64,000 bases of DNA from Vitrella brassicaformis CCMP3155 (Eukaryota > Protista > Chromerida): assembly GCA_001179505.1 (NCBI GenBank), contig CDMY01000407.1, positions 1 to 64,000 of the forward strand, written 5' to 3'. The translations under genes were made by a program, and so were the position numbers. Below are positions 48,739 through 61,500 of the stretch, piece by piece. The first letter of the stretch is position 1; each line of letters begins with the position of its first letter. The notes beneath the pieces were generated by a model that had not been told where the DNA came from, searched no databases, and was given only the letters and a program-made list of their open reading frames with translations.

Positions 48739-50071
48739 ATGAAGGCAGTCTGTGCGGTGCTGGCGTGCCTTTTGTCCGCCGCCGTGGCGGACCGATCTGC
48801 TTTCGTCCCTGCACTCAATGTCAGAAGGTAGGTAACGCATGAATCAGAGGCGGTATCCATCTGTGTGTCCAGTCAATAATCACATTCGTGATGGCATGGT
48901 TTGTCACGGGTGCTGCAGGTCGACGAGTGTCCCACGGCCCTCTGAGCAGCTCAGAATGTCCGCCAGCGACAGCGAGGGGTCCAATGCGCTCCTCGAGAGA
49001 GCCGGCAAGGTGCTGGGACCCGCCCTTGCTGCAGGAGCGCTCGGTGGCCTGATGGCCACGCAGCCAGCCGAGGCAGCTCCTGAGCGCCTTGTGCCATGCG
49101 CCGAGAGCAAGAAATTCGCCGCCAAGATGAAGGCGCAGGCAAGCAGACCACCACACTCGGCATTTGGTTGTGGCGTTGTTCACTGCAATGTGTGTCATCG
49201 TGATTCAGGAGAAGGGTCTTGAGGCTCGTCTGAAGAAGTACACGCCCGAGTCGCAGGGCGCGGCGCTGCTCAACGGCAGGCTGGAGGAGACCAAGACGCG
49301 CGCAGAGCGGTACAAGGCATCAAACCTCCTCTGCGGAAAGGTGGGTGGCTGTTGATTGACAATAATGAATGTGCTGTGTGTGGTTTTCAATCACTCGTCG
49401 GCTTCTATGTGTATCACGACGTGTGTGGTTCATTCAGGACGGTCTGCCCCATTTGATTGTGGACGTGAGGGGTCAGCATGCGGGTGAGTTCGCCGCCCCG
49501 GGTCTGCTCTTCCTTTACATTGCCGGCTGGATCGGCTGGGCGGGCCGCTCATACCTCAACGGTGTGCAGCTCGCCAGCAGCAACCCTGAGAGCAAGGAAA
49601 TCGTCCTCGACCTGCCTTTCGCTCTCCAGGTGCGATGCATTACCAACACAAACAGCATCACACGCGAAAGCGCCTATGTGTCTGTGTGACTGCACTGTGT
49701 ATGGTGTGGTGTGCAGGTGATGACTCGTTCGGCCACATGGCCATTCCAGGCTTTCGACGAGGCGTTCGGCAAGGGCGAGACGCCCGTGCCTTCGACGAAC
49801 TTCGACAACGCGCCCAACTACATCAGGTTCCTCGGTGTGTCGTCAGTGGCACTGACCATCTGGATGTCCCTCACCGCCGCCATGCTCATCCTCCTCAACA
49901 AGGCCTACCCAGGACTGCTCTTCTTCCCTGACCGTAAGTGACCATCGACCCATGCATCCATCAGTGATTCGATTGATGTGTGCACACCCAATGACGGTTT
50001 TGCTGTCGCCTTGTGTGTCTCTGGTGTGTGCAGTGAGCACCGACCTCTTCTCCCCTTTCTCTGGGAAGTAA
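48739..50071 (+). CDS. psaF: Nucleus-encoded photosystem I subunit III (PsaF) with tripartite targeting and a C-terminal PsaJ-like extension; 6 exons
   Basis: Exons are 48739-48827, 48919-49138, 49209-49340, 49438-49629, 49717-49933 and 50034-50071. It has a signal peptide plus SAFVP and a lumen signal ending AEA. PsaF motifs: [15 protein letters not shown]|[36 protein letters not shown] and KEIVLDLP. Confidence 0.95.
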
Positions 50072-51988
50072 TCAAGCAAGCCGGCACTACTGGGTGGGTG
50101 GGGCAGGCAGCATCTGAGGCGGCGCCGTTAGAGTGTGTGCTGACTCTCGATCTGGCAGCCAGTGCACTCCCTGACGGCTACGCAGCTGAGGCTGTCTTTC
50201 TCGCCCGTCCTTGGCCACAAGTGTTGCTTGCCGTCTTAGCGCCGTGTCATTTGACGTGTAGAGAGGAGGACAAGACGCGGCCTGGGGCGTGATCGATGTC
50301 ATGTGATGTGACGTTGGATGGATGAGTGAGTAGTTTGGGCTTTCTTGGTTGGTGTGGTGCATGCATGCTTGGATGCATCGGCTGACCGACAGACAGACAC
50401 CCATGTGCAATACCATCTCTGTCGAATTTTTGTCTGTGGTGTCTGTGGCTGGCCTTACAGCCAAACGGTCGGTCACCGCAGGAATGCAGCCACTCATCGA
50501 CAGTACACACGGACGCATTGGGCTTCCGTTTGTGGGCTTTGAGCCTATTCTGCAAGCGGTGCTCAATGCTCCTTCTGACGGAAGACTCGAATCACTACTC
50601 AGCACCGAAGGTGGTCCAAACAACGGTCTCTCTACCAGCCATCATCTGGCTCTTACACAACAAAGTGCAGCCCGCGATTGATTGTCCACCAGACATCGAT
50701 CGCCACACACAGATACCCAGCTGCAGCCAGAGACACGGACTGCAGCCATACACATGCCAAGCAAAGAATCGACAGACGAGACGAGGCTTTTGCTGCTGCT
50801 GCATCATGTTCTGACCTGCACACCCACCACAGACAGCAGAGCAGTCACACATGTCTGTCTGTCTGTCTGTCTGTCTGTCGGGTGTTGCATGCCTTTCCCG
50901 CCTCCCTCGCTGACCATAGGCACCATAACGGAGGGAGAGCGTGACAGATCTGTAGGCAGAACAACAGACGTACGTATGATGCGTCGACACATCCTGCATG
51001 CCTTTCTTCTCTCTCGCCAGCCAGGCAGGCGAAGCTGGCGTGGCCTGCGCCAGCTCCTGGCCACCACATGTGCATGCGCGTCTGTCTGCATATATCAGGC
51101 ATGCTACAAACACATTCTTCTGCACGGTGTGTGCACATACTATCCCCCGTACGGTACGCCCTCTGCATGTCGTGGGGGGACTTCTCCAGCCACTGCGCAT
51201 CAGCGGATGAATCTCATTCCGATTCAAAGGCCGACGCCACCGACACCTCCACCGTCTCTCGATAGCACCAAAAACGACCGCGCAATGGCTGATGCCATCT
51301 GGATGTGCGTGTGGTGCTTGGGGCGGACACGTGTGCTGAGGGGCAGCCCCGCAGGCAGCCAGACAGGTCGACCTGAGCGAGGGTCGATGGGAGACAGAGA
51401 GAGAGTGCTGTGGGTGTGGCTGTGGGTGTCATGGCTGTGTTGTGAGTGTTTTGTGTGTCGCGTACCTGAGGTATGTCGTCCTCATGGACCCATCTGATGC
51501 CCCATCCTCACTCGGCAACCCGATAGATCGCCAGACACTCACCACGACCAGCATGCTTCCACCACCCTACATACACACACACACGCACACACACACACAC
51601 ACACAGGGACCGATGAACCAATCAATGACCACAGCAATGGCTGCTGTGTGCTGACCAGCTGGCGGCAGTTTGCGACGAGAAGACAGGCGGTGAAGGCAGC
51701 AGAAGACAAAACACACAAGGCCTGCCTGCCTTTATGTATGCGGCAGTGGACGCGAGAAACACAGGCACATTGATTGCAGACAGTCAGACACACATGGGCA
51801 GGTAGGGTACACGCTCCCATGCATCGCATCGCATCGCATCGCATCGCATCGATTGTCAATCCATCACATCGATCGCACCGGAACTCACATAGCTATGTTT
51901 TCCCAACTCATGATACATGGATGCATGGAGTGCAGTGTAAAGTCACACCACCGATAGATACAACTGAATAAACCCCGCCGGCCAGACC

Positions 51989-52884
51989 TTAGCGGTCGGA
52001 CCTACCGTCCTGTTGGTGCGTCTGCACCAAGGGCATGTAGATATCGTCCGCTCCAACGTTCGCCCCATCCTGCCTCTCCTGTGCTCCTTCTGGCAGGGGC
52101 TCCTCAGACGATGGAAGTTGCCACACGGGATTCCATGGGCAAAGGAAACGCATCAGACGGCCGAAAACACTCCTGTACCAACACCGCACACCCTCACAAA
52201 CGACCGAACGAACCAGACGATGCATGCAATTGCAGAACGCACCTGCGAAGTCTGTCATGGGCTTCTTCTTTTGCTTTGATGTACTCGTCGAGTTTCTTGG
52301 TGTGCGCCTATAGCATGCATTGCCACAAACACACAGCACTTGAACCATCCACTGAGGCGACGGATTGATTCACATACATCGATTGCGTCGCATTGCACTT
52401 TGGTCCGTCTCTTCCTCTCCGCAATCTCGAATTGCTTCCAATCGTCCGTCCCCTCCTGGTGAGGGTCTGGGTGAGCAAACCACACATGGCGGCCACAAAC
52501 GATCAAAGACGGACACGTACGGCGGCCTGCCAGTGTCATAGTGTGTCTGTGTGTGTTTGTTGGAGGGTTACGCACGGCCTCTTGCTTACTCGGTCTGCGA
52601 GCAAACTCCCTCATCCATGGATCCTCCTCCTCCTGGGCAGGGCACACCATCGAACAATACAGGCAGGCACCGCGCCGTGGTGTGTGAGTCTTGCCTACCT
52701 CAGCGACATCCGCTGTCCGTCTAGATCTTCCTGCACCACGAGGAGGGACATACAGAGCCGGAATCAGTCCTGCGGGCCACAAACATAACCACAGCACCAC
52801 ACGTGGTCCACCATTGCGCTGGTTCGCTTCTCTGTTTCGTCGCTTACCATGCACATCCAGGCGAGGACCCTGACTGATTGCCAT
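51989..52884 (-). CDS. Hypothetical protein, 6 small exons
   Basis: All GT-AG junctions join in phase: MAISQGPRLDVH|GLIPALYVPP...VAE|EEEDPWMREFARRP|NPHQEGTDDWKQF...RTK|AHTKKLDEYIKAKEEAHDRLR|RSVFG...DR*. Confidence 0.6.
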
Positions 52885-53514
52885 TTTGTTCGTTCACTCT
52901 CCCTCGAGCTTCTCTGTCGCAGCGCTGCTCACCATGAATGCCTGCAGCTTGGCCAGCCCTGGATGGGAGGACGGGAAGAGGATAGAGCCAATCATCCGCG
53001 TGGACAGTCGGGTGGCGCAATCGACTGTTGCAATCGTTTACACGAAGCATGGCAATTGACTTGAGCAAGCATCCGCGTGAGTGCGCGTGCGCGTGCGCGT
53101 GCGCGAGTGCGTGTGTGTGCAGCCAAAGAAGTGCGTTTCGGAAACATTCGAATAACATGCCCTACATTCTACAGCTGTGTCCACGCATGCAGACAAGGAA
53201 AGTGAACATGTAAGGACACACCTTGTAAGTGAGTAAGTAATGGTGGGCGCATGACTCTTCCCCCGCTACGGCCACCATTATGCAAAATGCCATGGGTGAA
53301 TGCGTATCTAATAGATAACGTCAATGAATTATCGGCTTGGCATACATCGCGGGTGTCTGGCAAAGGGACGCCATCGTGACTGACGGAAAAACACCCAAAA
53401 ACACGCACGTACACGCGCGCATTGCCCGTCCCCTCTTCACAAATAGTGCAACAGCGACACGGCACCCGTCCCACCCTGCCCCGCCCCGTCGGCTGGTCGT
53501 GTGTGCATCAATCA

Positions 53515-54406
53515 CTATGCCCCTCTCTCCTCCGACTGCAAACATCACGCACACAGAGCCGTGAGGGCGAGGCCACCCACGGTGCTTCATGTGGATCCTG
53601 ATATGCTCACGTACCTGGCCGGCCCCTCTGATTTGATCAGGTACGTTGAGCTGTCCGCCGTCCTTGCCCAAGGCGGCGAGCACAATCATGATGACGATAG
53701 TGAGGCAGATGAGCCCGCACAGCATCTGGATGCACCGGTCCGACACGGCGTTGCGGGCGATGGTCCGCATGGTGGCCTTGGCGCGTGTCAGGTTGTTCTC
53801 GATGTCGTGCATCTGGTCGTGGATGCGCGCCATCTGGTCCGTCTGCTGATCCAGCCGCTGGACCACCTGCTGACCCACCTGCTCAGCGTCACCTGAACCA
53901 AACCAAACCGGACATTTAAATGAGTGTTGTGAGTGCTGTGTGCTATCTATCTGCCTCGTGTGCTGTGCAAATCAATCCGCACCGATCATCCGCTTCGTGC
54001 GGTCGAGTGACTGCTGTGTCTTGTCCTGCACCCTGTCGCCCGTGTCGATGATCTGCTGGGCGTTCATCTGGTCCACGTCTATGACCTCCTCCCCCACATC
54101 CACAGCGCCGCCCGTGAGCTGCTCCCGGTCCAGCTCGTTCTTCTTCCACTCCAACTGGTTGAGCAGCATCTTGAAGTCCCGCATCCGCTCGTCCAGGTTG
54201 GCCTTGTGCTGCCGGGCGTCCTCTGGTGCCAGGCTGCGCATCTCCAGCTGGTAGGCCTCGCGCGCCGTGCGGACCTGCTGGGCGATGAAGTCGCAGTCCT
54301 GGATGCGGGACCGACGCTGGCTCTTGTCCGCCTGCGATACGCTCTCGATGGCATCACGCAGCTCGTCCAGGAGCTTCAACAGCTCCCGGGACTGGCCTTC
54401 CGCCAT
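53515..54406 (-). CDS. NPSN: Qb-SNARE of the NPSN (novel plant SNARE-like) type with a C-terminal TM helix
   Basis: It has an N-terminal helical bundle, then the SNARE motif ...LDQQTDQMARIHDQMHDIENNLTRAKATMRTIARNAVSDRCI, followed by the TM segment MLCGLICLTIVIMIVLAAL. Confidence 0.8.
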
Positions 54407-54582
54407 CCAACAGTCAAATTAGCGAGCTGTGGGAGCAATCACACTTCTCGTAAGCGCCCTGAAGCACAGCAGACGTTCTGAAACGTTGAAGCCACTGCCA
54501 AACCACTGCGAGCTATTCGTTTTCACTTGCGAGCTTAGCTTGGAGACCGTGGGGTTTTTCCGCATGTTTCTGCTTGCCACTG

Positions 54583-57303
54583 ATGCATAGTCATGTGCTG
54601 CATCTTGCCGTCTTGACGCTTTGGTTCGCTATTGTCCCAGCGCTAAGATCGTCAGAGCATTCATCTTTCCTGGCTCCTCTGTGGCCGTCGAGGCGGTATG
54701 GGACCAGCAGAAGGCACAGGAGCAGGCTGCACGTGGCGGCGGCGGAAAGTGAGAGGTCTTCTTCTTCAGATCTGGCGATTCCATTCATTGATCTGTGTGT
54801 TTCCCCTGTCTGCAGGAGCCGAGCATGAAGCAACCGAGATAGCAGAGGCAGAGTGAGCGCCTGACACGATCTGCACGATGAGTCAACCGTCGTGCGTGCC
54901 ACTGGCTCTGCGTGTGTATTCACCACAGGCCGTCAGATCTGATGGAGACTGACCTCGGTGCTGTCTACGGCCGCAAAAGTCAGGTCCTCCGCGACATTGT
55001 GACGGAGCAGCTGCGTGAGGAGCTGGGGGAGGCCGACCCGTTCGACAACATGACCAAGGAACAGAGGGAGGCTCTCATTGAAGTGTAGGGGACTGATGAA
55101 CGCACACACACACGTTCATTCTGTGTGCGTGTCGTGTGTGCATGTCAGTCAGATGGATGCTTACCTTGAGAAGAGGTCGAAGGAGTTCGAATCGACGCGG
55201 CAACAGAGACTGCGAACGTGAGCCACCAACATTGCCGAGAGAGAATGGCAACGTCAATGCGTCACTCACTGGTCGGTGTGTGGCAGTATGCCCGCCACGA
55301 TCCCCCGGGAGCGCCAAACGTCCCTCCCCCTCGTAGCCATCATCGGCCGACCAAACGTCGGCAAAAGCACTGTCTTCAATCGGCTCACCGGTGGCTAAAC
55401 CAACGCCCAAACAATGCGTCTACTGCACGTCGATCGCTATCTATGTGTGTCCGTATGCGTCCGTATGCGTCTGTATGTGTGTGTGGTTCATTCAGGTCGT
55501 TACAAGGGTGGTGCGATAGTGGATGACGAGCCGGGCATCACGCGGGACAGGAGCTATGGCCGCGGCAGCTGGAATGGGTACAACTTCCGGGTCGTCGACA
55601 CCGGGGGCCTGCTGCTCGACGACCTGGAAGGGGTGAGGGGAGGGAGCGTCAAGCCATTTAATGTGATACTTATGGCGTTGGTTGTGTTGTCTTGTGTGTT
55701 GTGGCTCCTTTGCAGGACCCGTTCAGGTCTTTGATTCGAGATCAGTGTGTGCAGGCCATGAGTGAGGCGGATGTCATTCTGCTGGTCACCGACGGACAGG
55801 CGGGACTACACCCACAGGATGTCGCTCTTGCAGGTCAGCAAGCAATGAATCCACTGGCTGGGTGCGGCTCAAGCAGCGCTGTGTATTGGTGCTCGTGTTG
55901 CGTCTGTGTGTCAGAGTACCTCCGGAAGGCCCTGCCACGGCGGCCAACGCCGGCCAGATCTAACGAGACGAAGCCTATCCCCCTCTACGTGTGTGTCAAC
56001 AAGTGCGAGAGCCCTACCAAGGGCATCACACAGGTAGAGAACAACCGAACACGACAAGACAATCCGTCACTCAGTGCACTTTCCGTGGTATGTGTTGGAT
56101 GTCTGTCTACAGGCGCAGGAGTTCTGGAGTCTGGGGTTCGGCGAGCCCCACCCTGTGAGTGGCATCCAGGGCACTGGGGTGGGCGACGTGCTCGACAAGG
56201 TCGTCACACACATCCCTTGGGTGCCTGACGTAGAGGTCAGTCCACACAGCAGACAGACAAACAGACAGCTGGACGAGAGGCAGGCCGTGCCGTGTGTGAT
56301 GTCAGGTTGAGGACGACGAAGAGGTCAACATCGCCATCATCGGCCGCCCAAACGTCGGCAAGAGCAGCCTACTCAACAGGCTACTGGGCGAGCAGCGCGT
56401 CATCGTCTCTGACGTCCCCGGCACCACTCGTGACGCCATCGACGTGGAGCTCGAGCGCCAAGGCCGCGTGTACAGGCTGGTCGACACGGCGGGCATCAGG
56501 CGACGGTCCCGTGTGCTTGCGGGCCAGGACAGTGAGTTCTACATGGTCAACCGGGCGGAGCGGGCCATCGAACGGAGCGACGTGTGTCTGCTGCTGATCG
56601 ACGTGGTGCAGGGCATCGCCGACCAGGACCTCAAGCTGGCCGAGAAGATCGTCGAGGCCGGTAAGGCTTGCCTAGTGCTCTGCAACAAGTGGGACGCCGT
56701 CGACAAGGACGACAAGACCTATGACAAAGCCGTCGACTACATCCGCACCGTCCTCTACCCACTGAGATGGAGCGCTATTGAGTTCATCTCGGCCAAGACG
56801 GGCCAGAGGGTGGCGCGTATTCTCGACATGGTGGACGAGGCCGTCGAGCAGCACCGGCGTCGCATCCCGACCAGCCTGCTGAACGAGGTGCTGAGGGAGA
56901 CAGTGGGCATCAATCCGCCGCCAGTGGTGGGCGGGAGGCAGGCCAAGCTCTACTACATCCACCAGGCGTCCACACGGCCTCCCACATTCATCGTCTTCTG
57001 CAACCAGCTATCGTCCGGCCAGGCCCTCTTGTCCGACAGCTACAAGCGGTACCTCGACAGGAAATTCCGCGAGGCGCTGGGCTTCAAGGGCACGTAAGCC
57101 AACCACTACACTAACAGCCTTTTCTTCTCCCTGTCCCTCTCTGAGAGCGTGGGGGTGTGTCGACACGTGTGTATGTGTGTGTTTGTGTGCTGTGTGCTGT
57201 ATTTGGTGTCTGCAGGCCCATCCGTTGGATCTTTCGTGAGAAGAGATTGCGTCAGATGGTGCAGCAAGGCAGGAAACGAAGGCGGGCCGTCGTGAGGCGC
57301 TGA
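54583..57303 (+). CDS. engA: Plastid-targeted EngA/Der double-GTPase (ribosome biogenesis)
   Basis: The presequence is [21 protein letters not shown]...SSFLAP. GD1 has [21 protein letters not shown] and NKCE. GD2 has [31 protein letters not shown] and NKWD. The KH-like tail has PPTFIVF...[18 protein letters not shown]|TPIR. Confidence 0.96.
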
Positions 57304-57742
57304 TGGATTCATAGGATGGATGGATGGATGGATGGCGTTCTCCTAGTACTCTCTCTAGGACCGACAGCTGTGTTCGTATGTTCGTGTTATCGTGATGTAG
57401 ATCAAACAAACCGGCCAGTCTGACCAGTGTCGGTCATTGTCACTCAATCCGCACAACCAGAACGGTCAAAAACCATACATACACACAGACACACATACGT
57501 TCAGTCGTCCAGACATTCAGCCAGGCAGCCATCCCCCCTCCCCCCTCCCTCTCCCACCACCGACCCACCCACTTACTCAGTCACTCCCTACTGCACTCCA
57601 CCCGATCCTTCAAACTTGGCACATCCATCGCATGAAGCACCGGGTGCCTGTCTGTCTGTATGCAGTAGGGATGCTTGTGTGTGTATGGATGTGTGTGTGT
57701 GTGTGTGTATTCCTGGAGTGCATGCACGTGTGAGTGCGTCTA

Positions 57743-58561
57743 TCACCACTCAGATTCTGATGAGGCGGCGCCCGTATCATTGTCTCGCCTCCCCCGGCGC
57801 ATAGGCACCGGTGTGTGGCCAGCGTCCTGCAGCCGACGGTCGCCAGGTCGCTCCGACGGCCGACGGTCCCAATCGCCCGCGTGGCGATTGCCCCAACCGT
57901 CGAGTCGGCCCGCCTGGCGATGGCCGACGCGTTCGCCAGGCGGGGCGACGCGTCGCCCCGGCCGGCGGTCCACCTCATCCTCGGGGAAGAGGTCCCTCTC
58001 CCTCCTGTTGTCGCGTCGCCTGTCGTCCATGCCCCGTGTTGATGGCCGCCTCTCCTCCATGCGTGTGGGTGGCCTCTGGCGGGGTGGTGGGGAGGGAGGG
58101 CTGCCCCAATCATCCTCGTCATCGTCATCGCCCCACCCAGGGGGAGAGGGACGGCGACGCTCAACGGGAGGGACAACGGCGGGGGAGTAGGCGCGCGGGA
58201 CGTCGGGCGGGCCCCAGTCGTCGTCATCATCATCATCATGGCGGGGAGGCGGGCCTCTGTGATGAATGGAAGAGGGGTTCGGTCGGTCGCCAACCTCATG
58301 CCACTGGAAGAGGCGGCTGTCGCGGGTGTCACGGGTGTCACGGGTCTCTTGCTGGCCACGCAGACGGGTGATGTAGAGCATGTGCCGGCGCTGCAGGCCG
58401 TGGCGCCGGTCGGCTTGGCCGTCCCTGCGAGCGGACTGGCGTCGCGATCGGCGCTGGGCACGGCGCTCAATCACGGCCTCTAAGTGAGCCGGGTCGAAGT
58501 TGGGATGGTCTGAGAGACACAATACACGAGCTGTGTGGTGGACGGATACATCTCTCTTTCG

Positions 58562-58598
<37 letters not shown>

Positions 58599-61500
58599 TG
58601 ATGGTGACCTACCTGGGTCTATGTCAGATGGGTCAGGTCCTGAGACGACGCCGTCCGCGTCATCCTCCTCCTCCTCATAGTCGTAGGCTTCCACATTCAG
58701 CCCCAGCCGACGCATCAACGACTCCGAAGGGAACTGCACACCACACGGGCATCCATCGATTGCACATTGCGCCAATGGACGGACGTGCATATGATCCTTC
58801 CCTCACTCACCCCTTCCAGTAGGTCGCGGAAGTTGGCCATGTCGTTCGCTGGCATAAAGATCTCTTCCTGCTGCATCATGCGACGACGGGCCAGACGGTT
58901 GGCATGCTCCACAACTGACCGATGCCGACACACCCAACACACCACACCCCACACCCCACACACACATTGACACGCGGAGCGAACGAGAGAGGGCAGTCGT
59001 CCTGTGTGTGTGTTGTGAGTGAATATTGTGCGTGCGTCAGCTGACTGACTGACCTGGGTCGATCTGCTCCTCTGGCGGGACCTCTCTGCCGTTCCGTTCG
59101 TGCCGGTATACGCACCGCCGGCCGTATCGACAGGTGCCGGTGCGCTTGAAGTCGGGGCAGAGGATCTTCTTCTTGGACGCCAGGTGCTTCTCAACCAAAC
59201 GCCGCTTACGATCCTCACCCCTGACAACATATAATGTGAGTGACAACACGCCGGGTGCTGTGCTGTGTTGTCCGCTGGATTGTGTGAAAGCTTACACGAT
59301 GCATCGCGTCACCGGTACGATGAAGCCGTTGTGCGTCCTGCAGACGGGGCAGGAGAACGCCAGTGGGGCCTCGCCCTCCTCATCGACGTGAGCGGAGTCG
59401 ACGTCACTCTTACGACGCCACTGACACGACAACCGACACACCACACCACACCGACACATGAGCAGAAGAATGAGTGAAAGTGGGTGGAGGGGGTTGTGCT
59501 GCGTACGGTGAAGATGCAGTCCATGCAGAAGAAGTGTCCACAAATGGGCAGGAGGGCCAGCCGCGGCTCAAAGGTCGCCAGCTTCTCCATGCAAATCACA
59601 CAAGTCATCTCGCCACTCAACGCTTTGTCCGCCTCCAGCATCTGCAGCCCACAGAATGAAGACAATCCTGTCTGTCGATATGCCGCTTCCTCGTTCTCTC
59701 CCTCTAACTAAAGCCACCCACCTGGTATTCCCGGCATTGTTGCAGGTGCTTCATGACCGCCTCGTTCACTGCGCCATCCGGCGGTGATCCATCGTCCGAG
59801 TCCACCGACATCACCTCATCGCCACACAACGGACACTTGCCCTCGGCCGTCACGTGGCTGTCGGGACACTCAACACCTGCACCACACACACAACCACAAC
59901 CAGCCACCGGTCGCGAGCAAGCAACCAAGCAAGCATTTCTACGTACCTTTGGAGCAAGTGCCGGCCTGGAAGAAGCGGCACACACGCTCATCGTCCGGCC
60001 CCCCTGGCGGCGATGCAGCAGACGAAGGGCTAGGGTCAGCAGACGAAGTCGATGGCTCGTCGTGGCGGCCCGATAGCCGCTGGCGGCCCTCCAGCGGGTC
60101 GAACAGCATGAGGGGGTGGATGTCGGACGACACGGTAGGCGCCGGGACACTCGGTGGCTGGGGCTGGGGTGGGTCACGGCGGTCGACGAAGGCCATGGCC
60201 AGTTCCTGCAGCCCGCTCCTGAACCCTTCGTGAAGCCCTCTGAGTGCTGCTGCTGCCGGAACCGGGTTCCGGCGACGCTCGTGGTGGGCCGGTGTGTGTT
60301 GGCGGCGGTAGGGTGGTGAGCCATCACTATCATAGTCACCATCCCAATCCCCGCCCCTTCCCGGACGACCGCCCCGGGCCCTCCCGCGATTTCGCCCGAA
60401 GACCTCCATCCCCCCCGCCACAAGGTCCATTCGCCTTTGCGGCGGGTCGGGCCTCGCCCTTCCCCGGGGTGGTGTGGGTGGCCGAGGCGCACCCCACCCA
60501 CTGGGCTCCGGTGACCAGTCCTCCTCCTGCCTCGAGATGTCTGGATAGGGACTGTCTGCACGCGGACGGCGCGCTCCCGTCGATGGACGCGAATGCCGCC
60601 CTCTTACATCCCCCCCCACGTCGGCATCCCGAACAGACGTGGGACCGGTCCTCGGCACAGAGGGGGCCCGCCAGTCGTCTCGGTCGGCCGATGCACGCGA
60701 CTGCTGGTGCCGCCTAAGGTTCCTCTGGTAGCTTGGCTGCGGGCGCCTGGAGGAGCTCGAGCCCGAGTCGTCCCAGTCATGGCGGCCCCTCACCGTGCGA
60801 TGCGGGTCGTCAAAATAAGGCCCTCTGGGACCCATGTACGGGTCGTCATTGCGGGGGCGAGGATGGGGTGTCATCGCACGGTAGTACTGGCGCTGAGGGA
60901 GCGGGGGCTCGTGTGCGGCGGTGCCCCTGTCGCGTCGATCATAGAAACGAGGGTCACCGTCTGGCCTTCGCACGGCGGACCTGCCCAGACCGTCGCCCTC
61001 TCCCCTCCCACCGTCTCCCCCCACCGACTGGCCCGGGTGATCTCGTCGCCAGTGCCTCTCCTCGCCATCTGTGCGACGATCGCTGCCCGCAGATTGCACC
61101 GACTGATGGACTGGGGGAGCGGGTGGGGGAGGTGGGGGTGGGGGCGGGGCTGAGGGTGTTGGTGTTGGCCTCTCCTGCATCGGTGCGACGCTGCGCTCCC
61201 CAGGCCGGGGCAAGATGACAGGCGGAGGGAAGGCCGAATCGGGGAAGGTCGAATCGCCCACAGGCCGAAGCCTGACAGGGCTCTCGTTGACAGGCCGAAG
61301 CCTGACAGGGCTCTCGTTGATGCCGCTGCCGCTGGCCCCGACACCTCCAGGCGCTGCTGTGGCCGGACGCTCCTGCTGAGGCACTCCACTGCCTTGTGTG
61401 TGATGGGCGAGGGGAGGGGGAGGGGGGCCGTGACGGACAGGAGGGCGACGCGCGTGCGAGTGGCCGTGATGAGGTACAGGCCAGTACTCACGCCGGTCGT

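Noticed and set aside
50461-51500. Exon-like fragments on both strands, including LVCRFFAWH reminiscent of a CCCH start
   Set aside because: The remaining Cys/His ligands are missing and no consistent gene model emerged.
53081-53105. (GTGCGC)n alternating purine-pyrimidine tract as a Z-DNA regulatory element
   Set aside because: Microsatellites of this kind are ubiquitous in the window, and nothing ties this one to a function.
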